NCBI GenBank assembly: GCA_964016885.1 | Contig: OZ024755.1 | Span: forward strand, 37,076,001-37,140,000 | Source of the DNA: Eledone cirrhosa | Lineage: Eukaryota | Length of the DNA stretch: 64,000 nt | Direction of reading: 5' to 3' | Part shown: piece after piece, positions 55,955 to 64,000 of the stretch | Numbering within the stretch: the stretch's first letter is position 1 | Layout: each line of letters starts with the position of its first letter | Translations under genes and position numbers: made by a program | The notes under the pieces: model-generated | What the model saw: only the letters and a program-made list of their open reading frames with translations | What the model was told of the DNA's origin: nothing | The model's database searches: none

Positions 55955-56645
55955 GAGTCTGTATGTGTGTGTATGAGTGTGTGTATGTATGTGTGTGTGT
56001 ATGTGTGTATGTGCATGAGTGTGTGTGTATGTGGGTGTATGAGTGTGTGTGTGTATGTGTGTGTATGAGTCTGGGTGTATGCATGTGCATGAGTGTGTGT
56101 GTGTGTGTATGTATGTGTATGACTGTGTGTGTATGTGAGTGTGTGTGTATGTATGTGTTTGAGTATGTATGTGTGTATATGTGTGTATGTATGTGTATGT
56201 GTGTATGTATGTGTATAAGTGTGTATGTATGTGTATGTGTGTATGTATGTGTATAAGTGTGTATGTATGTGTATGTGTGTATGTATGTGTATAAGTGTGT
56301 ATGTATGTGTATGTGTGTATGTATGTGTATAAGTGTGTATGTATGTGTATGTGTGTATGTATGTGTATGTGTGTATGTGTATGTATGTGTATAAGTGTGT
56401 ATGTGTGTATGTATGTGTATAAGTGTGTATGTGTGTATGTATGTGTATATGTGTGTGTATGTATGTGTGTATGTGTGTGTGTATGTATGTGTTTGAGTAT
56501 GTATGTGTGTATGTATGTGTTTGAGTATGTATGTGTGTATATGTGTGTATGTATGTGTATAAGTGTGTATGTATGTGTATGTGTGTATGTATGTGTATAT
56601 GTGTGTGTATGTATGTATGTGTGTGTATGTGTGTGTGTATGTATG
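55955..56645. repeat. Degenerate (GT/GTAT) satellite
   Basis: Mixed TGTA/TG units with recurring ATAAGTGTGT. Confidence 0.9.
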
Positions 56646-57162
56646 CTTAAATTTAAAAAAGAAAGACGGAGATTTTAATATACGTAAAATTAAACGTTGT
56701 ATACGCCTTTATTTACAATCAGCTTTCAATAAAATACGCGTATATTTTCACTTAGGAACCTATTATTTCTTAATTTGTTGCTTCTCCTTATTCTCATACT
56801 TTACAATTAATATATTTTGCTGTGACATTCCCTTGCGAGAACTTCAGGTAAATATTACCGGAACTTTAAAATCGAATTGTTCTTGAATATTGTTTAACTT
56901 AATTCTGGGAGTGTCTTGAGTTAAGAGGTGAAGTGATATAAAAAAGATTAAGAGCTTATTGAAGAATTTATTACTAAAATTAGTATCAACAAAATGGATG
57001 GCCAATATCATAATTGCCAGTTTCTTTCTATTTTCTTTGTCGTTTAAATTACCGTAAAGAAATTTAATAATTTCTCTCAGATAATATAAAAAATGATGTT
57101 GATGCCGAGATCGATAATGTGAATAAAAATATCACTCACATCATCATTATTATCATTATTTG

Positions 57163-57349
57163 GGGCGGTGGCTTGGCAGTAACGGTAGAGGGTCGGACGC
57201 CATGCTTTGACGCATAGAGTTACGGCCCTTGCCATTCTGAGTTCAAATCTCGACGAGGTTAACTTTGCCTTTAATCCTTACGGGGTCGATAAAATAAAGT
57301 ACCAGTAATACACTGGATAATTGCTGGCCTTGTGCCAAAAGTAGAAACA

Positions 57350-57387
<38 letters not shown>

Positions 57388-58500
57388 GGCTCGGTAGATT
57401 AGCAGTATCGGTAGAGCGTCAGACACCATGCTTTGCAGCATAGAGTTATGGTCCTTTACGTTCTGAGTTCACATCCCGCCGAGGTTAACTTTGCCTTTCA
57501 TCCTTACGGGGTTGATAAAATAAAGTACCAGTCACGCACTGGGGTCGATTTAATCGACTTTCCCGTCCCCAAATTGCTGACCGTTTGCCAAAATAAGAAA
57601 CCATTATTATTATAATGGCGGTGAATTGGCAGTATCGGTAGAGGGTCGGACGCCATGCTTTGATGCATAGAGTTACGGCCCTTACTATTCTGAGTTCAAA
57701 TCCCGCCGAGGTTAACTTTGCCTTTCATCCTTACGGGGTCGATAAAATAAAGTACCAGTAATGTACTGGGTAATTGCTGGCCTTGTGCCTAAAGTAGAAA
57801 CAATTATTATTATTATTATTATTATTATTATTTTTGAAAGATGGGTGAAAGAGGCAAGAATGGCCCGAGTGAATGGGCCTACTCTGAGTATGTGTCTGTA
57901 AATTAAAGGTGGAAAACTGGGAGAGGACGCTTGCCCTGGTGGTCAGGGTCACTGTGGCTTCATAATGGGCTTTCTCCACGAATATCCCTCCAAAGTCTCC
58001 CTCGTTTTGGGGAATTTTTCATTGTTATTTTTTTGTTACATCCTGTTTTTTTTTTTTTTTACATGCAGAAATGCCCATTTGTACCGTCCTGTATTGTCCT
58101 GTACTGTCCTTAATGTCTACTTTATGTAAACCCTTGTGGTTAATAAAGAAAGCATTATTATTATTATTATTATTATTATTGAAAGATGGGTGAAATAGGC
58201 AAGAATGGTCCGAGTGAACTACTCTGAGTATATGCCTGTAAATTGAAGGTGGAAAACTGGGAGAGGACGCTTGCCCTGGTGGTCAGGGTCACCGTGGCTT
58301 TTTTTAATGGACTTTCTCCACGATGGCCCTCGGAAGTCCCCCCCCCCCTACTGGGGAATTTTTCATTGTTCTTTTATTACAACCTCTGTTTTCTTTTGTT
58401 TTTTTTTTAGACGCAGAAATGCTCATTTGTACCGCCCTGTATTGTCCTGTACTGTCCTTAATGTCTACTTTGTGTAAACCCTTGTGGTTAATAAAGAAAG

Positions 58501-58536
<36 letters not shown>

Positions 58537-58920
58537 GGGCGGTGGATTGGCAGTATCGGTAGAGGGTCGGACGCCATGCTTTCCAGCATAGTTACGTCCC
58601 TTTACGATCTGAGTTCAAATCCCGCCGAGGTTGACTTTGCCTTTCATCCTTACGGGGTCGATAAAATAAAGTACCAGTAATGTACTGGGTAATTGCTGGC
58701 CTTGTGCCTAAAGTAGAAACAATTATTATTATTATTAGTATTATTATAGGGTGGTGGATTAGCAGTATCAGTAGTGAGTCAGACACCATGCTTTGCAGCA
58801 TAGAGTTATGGTCTTTTACGTTCTGAGTTCAAACAAATCCTTTCGGGGTCGATAAAATAAAGTACCAGTAATGTGCTGGGGTAATTGCTGGCCTTGTGCC
58901 AGAAGTAGAAACAATTATTA
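57163..58920 (+). mobile_element. Head-to-tail array of five SINE family 1 copies and two LINE 3' ends separated by (TTA)n
   Basis: SINEs at 57163, 57390, 57616, 58537 and 58749; LINE ends at 57836-58152 and 58181-58501. Confidence 0.88.
57836..58501 (+). mobile_element. Two tandem 3' ends of a putative Tx1/L1-type LINE
   Basis: ERWVKEARMARVNGPTLSMCL*, a 3'UTR with AATAAA, then (TTA)n. The clade assignment is tentative. Confidence 0.5.
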
Positions 58921-59256
58921 GCCACCATCAAGAGAGGTGGATTGGTAGTTCTTAGTTCAAAGCCTGCTTAGGTCAGCACACAATTTCACCCTTACCCGAT
59001 ATAATAGTCACATGGGCCAAGGACACCAGACGTCTCCACTGCATCAATGATGGTAAGGGAGATGCGCTGGAAGAGCCATTCCATCTGGCGAAGCTCACAC
59101 CTGCGGATGGCCATCGCAGCGCCTATCGTGGTGAGTAAAAAGAACGAGTGAGCAGCATTACAGTAGTATTAAACAGCGAAGTTAGTCATGACAAACAATA
59201 TGATTTAGTTTGGATAAACGGATTTCTTTTTCTGGTGTATTGTAAGCGTGCGTGTA

Positions 59257-59640
59257 TACGAAGGAGTGACTTTAGAGCTGTGAACTAGTGCATACTTTAC
59301 TTTCATCTATTTTTATTAACAACTGCAGTGTTTCTTTCCAGTTAAACTGATCTGACTGTTCAAAGAAGACTTCAAAAGTAACTAGTAGTGATTTCTCTTG
59401 ACAAGGTATAACATTTGGCATTGTGGTTTTATCTAGTATCTGCTGACAAAGGGTTTAGCCCCCAATGACATTAATCCCGACATGGTTGCTACGTTTGGGG
59501 ATGATGTTCCTGCTTTATCAACAATGCAAAAGTGGCCGGCTGAATTTAGTTTGGACGTCCTGCAACTGCCACCACCAAGGAATACATTAATCATGTCCAG
59601 AAAATGGTGATGGATGGCAGGCGATTGACAATAAATCAAA
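59257..59640 (+). pseudogene. Old mariner remnant
   Basis: TACGAAGG-type end and HTH-like YLLTKGLAPNDINPDMVATFGDDVPALSTMQKWPAEF. Confidence 0.6.
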
Positions 59641-60049
59641 TAGCCACTGTTATTAGAGAGAGTGGTGGATTGGCAGTATCAGTAGAGGGTCGGACGCCAT
59701 GCTTTCCAGCATAGTTACGTCCCCTTACGATCTGAGTTCAAATCCCGCCGAGGTTGACTTTGCCTTTCATCCTTACGGGGTCGATAAAATAAAGTACCAG
59801 TAATGCACTGGGTAATTGCTGGCCTTGTGCCAAAAGTAGAAACAATTATATATATATTAATAAAAGGAATTCCAACTTTGTCTGATTTACTCGTTTTATT
59901 TACAATCCTTTAACATTTATAATGGTATTAGAATGAAATAGTATGGTAGAATATTAAATGTTAAGTGTTAATTGAACAAGTACTTTCATGCTTTCGCAAT
60001 CTTCAGGTTCATATTGTGTGGTGACAGTCAAGTTTGCAATTTTCAACTG

Positions 60050-60240
<191 letters not shown>

Positions 60241-60629
60241 TAAGTTTGTACCTTTGAAATATATATAATAGAATAAATATGGTTTTATAAATATAGTTTC
60301 CATTTATTGTGGATTGGCAGTATCAGTAGAGGGTCGGACACCATGCTTTCCAGCATAGTTACGTCCCTTTACGATCTGAGTTCAAATCCCGCCGAGGTTG
60401 ACTTTGCCTTTCATCCTTACGGGGTCGATAAAATAAAGTACCAGTAATGCACTGGGTAATTGCTGGCCTTGTGCCTAAAGTAGAAACAATTAATATCATT
60501 GATATTTTACTCCAGAAACGCTGTCGAGTGCTTCGAATCAGTTATAAATTTATATATATTTGTTGAATTAAATATCCCTTATGCTTATATATATGTATAT
60601 ATATATATATACATATGTATATACATATG

Positions 60630-60662
<33 letters not shown>

Positions 60663-60663
60663 G

Positions 60664-60705
<42 letters not shown>

Positions 60706-60909
60706 TATGTATATATATATGTATATATATACATATATATGTATATATATATATATTATATATATATATATATACATATATATGTATATATATATGTATA
60801 TATATATACATATATATGTATATATATATGTATATATATACATATATATGTATATATATATGCATATATATACATATATATGTATATATATACATATATA
60901 TATATATAG

Positions 60910-60944
<35 letters not shown>

Positions 60945-61544
60945 ATATATATATATATTTATACATATATATATGTGTGAGTGTGTGCGTGTATTTGTAT
61001 GTATATATGTGTATTTGGTGAAAAATAGACAAACAAACAGGCGACAGAGTAAGAAAATATTTGTAATTATATGACAGTCCGTAATATCTCATCATATAGT
61101 TTCCTAATTTCCACAGCTTTTTCCCCAGATATAATGAAAAATAGAGAGAAGCCTCAGGTAAATGCTTGCAACATCCATTACAAATAAATATATGGATTCA
61201 ATGAAACTCCAGTGATACACATATTAAAATCTTCCTCTCATAGAAGACTGTTATTCACCAGGAGAGCACTAGGACGTCTTATTCCCTATAATGAAATAAA
61301 GCCGGTGTAGGATATAACAGATTTAACGACTAAAGGGACGTAACGAGTTTCTTCTTCAATGTATTCTGACTCTTTGTATGATTACATCAACTAATTTTAT
61401 ACAAGTGGCTTAATCTATGTTATATAATTACTTGCACTTAGTTTATCTACAGTGGAATGATGGCAAAACAATTAAAGCCTGAAGGTATTTCAGCCAAGAC
61501 ATTGGAAGAAAACTAACTAAATATTGCAATAGATTATTTCAGAT

Positions 61545-62083
61545 GCGGTGGATTGGCAGTATCGGTAGAGAGTCGGACGCCATGATTTACAGCATAGAGT
61601 TACACTCCTTTACGGTCTGAATTCAAATCCTGCCGAGGTTAACTTTGCCTTTCATCCTTACCAGGTCGATAAAATAAAGTACCAGTCACGCACTGGGGTC
61701 GATTTGATCGACTTTCCCCTCCCCATAAATTACTGGCCTTGTGACTATGTTAGAAATCATTATGAGATCAAATCCCGCCGAGGTTAACTTTGCCTTTCAT
61801 ACTTACGGGATCGATAAAATAAAGTACCAGTAATACACTGGAATAATTGCTGGCCTTGTGCCAAAAGTAGAAACAATTATTATATACTATTAAGGGCGGT
61901 GAATTGACAGTATCGATGGAGGGTCGGACGCCATGCTTTCCAGCATAGTTACGTCCCTTTACGATCTGAGTTCAAATCCCGCCTAGGTTGACTTTTCCTT
62001 TCATCCTTACGGGGTCGATAAAATGAAGTACCAGTAATGCACTGGGTAATTGCTGGCCTTGTACCTAAAGTAGAAACAATTAT
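61545..62083 (+). mobile_element. Tandem cluster of three SINE family 1 copies
   Basis: Copies at 61545-61762 (long variant), 61770-61880 (truncated) and 61893-62083. Confidence 0.88.
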
Positions 62084-62329
62084 TTATAATAGATTATCCG
62101 TCCTAGGTACTAATATGCAGCTTAGCGTTTTAAGTGGTGATGCTATCAAGACAGACCAGTCACGGACAGGCCTCATTATCGTTATTCCCTCTCTTGAGGT
62201 ACATATTAATCTACACACATACACACAACCCACTCTCAAGCGTGAAACTAATACTATTATCATTTGTACTGCCTCTCTGTTTTTTGTTCTCTGTTTATTT
62301 ATTAAACTATATATATATGTATATATATA

Positions 62330-62363
<34 letters not shown>

Positions 62364-62549
62364 CATACATACATATATATATGTATACTTAATTATGTAT
62401 ATATATATATATAACGAAGGAAATGTGGTAAGGAACCAGATGGACCATAACGCACCAAAGTACTCAATACTTAGGGTAGTAGAGTGGGTAATAGGCACAA
62501 GTATGACCCCGACGGCTGAGCTGAAACCGTTTCAACGGCTAATTCTGGA

Positions 62550-62618
<69 letters not shown>

Positions 62619-62737
62619 ATACTTAATTATGTATATATATATTTCGTTTGAATTATTGGCAACATGATCCTCCAAAGCATAACAATATATATATATATTT
62701 GTATAGATATATATGTGCATATATATATATATATATA

Positions 62738-62830
<93 letters not shown>

Positions 62831-62854
62831 ATGTATGTATTCATATATATGTTC

Positions 62855-62888
<34 letters not shown>

Positions 62889-62907
62889 GTATGTATTCAT
62901 ATATATG

Positions 62908-62948
<41 letters not shown>

Positions 62949-63099
62949 ATAATGTATAAGTACATATATATGTATATATATATGTATAGATATGTAAGTT
63001 TGTGTCGACTATTGTGTTACTATTTGTAATTAGTTATATCGCATCAAAAGACAGCAAATCGCCAGATAAGAATGGGTGCACAATATTTCATCTCTATTC

Positions 63100-64000
63100 G
63101 TGTGTATATACATTTGTATATTTGTGTTGTGTAAATAATATATAGATTGCTGTGAGTGTGTGTGTGTATGTGAGTGTGTCTATGTGAGTGCATGTGAGTG
63201 TGTGTATGTGAGTGTATGTGAGTGTGTGTATGTGTGTGTATGTGAGTGTGTGTGTGTATATACATTTGTATATTTGTGTTGTGTAAATAATATATAGATT
63301 GCTGTGAGTGTGTGTGTGTATGTGAGTGTGTCTATGTGAGTGTATGTGAGTGTGTGTATGTGAGTGTATGTGAGTGTGTGTATGTGTGTGTATGTGAGTG
63401 TGTGTGTGTATATACATTTGTATATTTGTGTTGTGTAAATCATATATAGATTGCTGTGAGTGTGTGTAATGAGTGTATGTATGTGTGTGTATGTGTGTAT
63501 GTGAGTGTGTGTATGTGTGTGAGTGTGTGTATGTGAGTGTATGTGTGTGTATGTGACTGTGAGTGTGTGTAAATACGTTTGTATATTTGTTTTGTGTAAA
63601 TAATATATACATTCCTGTGAGTGTGTGGCTGTGTGTGAGTGTGTATGTGTGTGTATGTGTGTGTATGTGAGTGTGTGGCTGTGTGTGTGAGTGTGTGTAT
63701 GTGTGTATGTGAGTGTGTGTATGTGTGTGTAAGTGTGTGTATGTGAGTGTATGTGAGTGTGTGTATGTGTGTGTATGTGAGTGTGTGTGTATATACATTT
63801 GTATATTTGTGTTGTGTAAATAATATATAGATTGCTGTGTGTGTGACTGTGTGTGTGAGTGTGTGTATGTGTGTGTATGTTACTGTGAGTGTGTGTGTGA
63901 GTGTGTGTATGTGTGTGTATGTGTGTGTATGTGTGTGTATGTGACTATGTGTGTGTGTGAGTGTGTGTGTATATGCGTTTGTATATTTGTGTTGTGTAAA
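63100..64000. repeat. GT-rich satellite with ~152-bp higher-order unit
   Basis: TATATACATTTGTATATTTGTGTTGTGTAAATAATATATAGATTGCTG recurs at ~63105, 63257, 63409, 63575, 63790 and 63970. Confidence 0.88.

Overview
Eukaryotic, very AT- and microsatellite-rich non-coding DNA, almost certainly intergenic or deep intronic. It is probably from an octopod cephalopod, inferred from the tRNA-derived Deu/Nin-domain and CORE-like SINEs. I can support no host gene exon, and nearly all ORF-track entries are (TA)n/(CA)n/(GA)n translations. The window is a mosaic of transposon debris: about 25 copies of one tRNA-SINE and about 5 of a second, Penelope-like element (PLE) RT and GIY-YIG fragments, RTE, R4-type, CRE-type and Tx1-like LINE ends, mariner derivatives, non-autonomous Helitrons and minisatellites. 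The main signal is a dense set of short PLE pseudo-LTR-derived elements sitting in (TA)n tracts. They carry type I hammerhead ribozyme motifs: roughly 20 by-eye motifs from about 9 unrelated sequence families. Three families use a compensatory U3-A8 core, one also has GCAA for GAAA, and one has a ~100-nt covarying stem II. The elements are mostly asymmetric fold-back palindromes, with one arm carrying a tail and one without, and their truncation/inversion points cluster in or at the ribozyme. All folds, family assignments and counts are by eye and need Infernal, RepeatMasker and cleavage assays.
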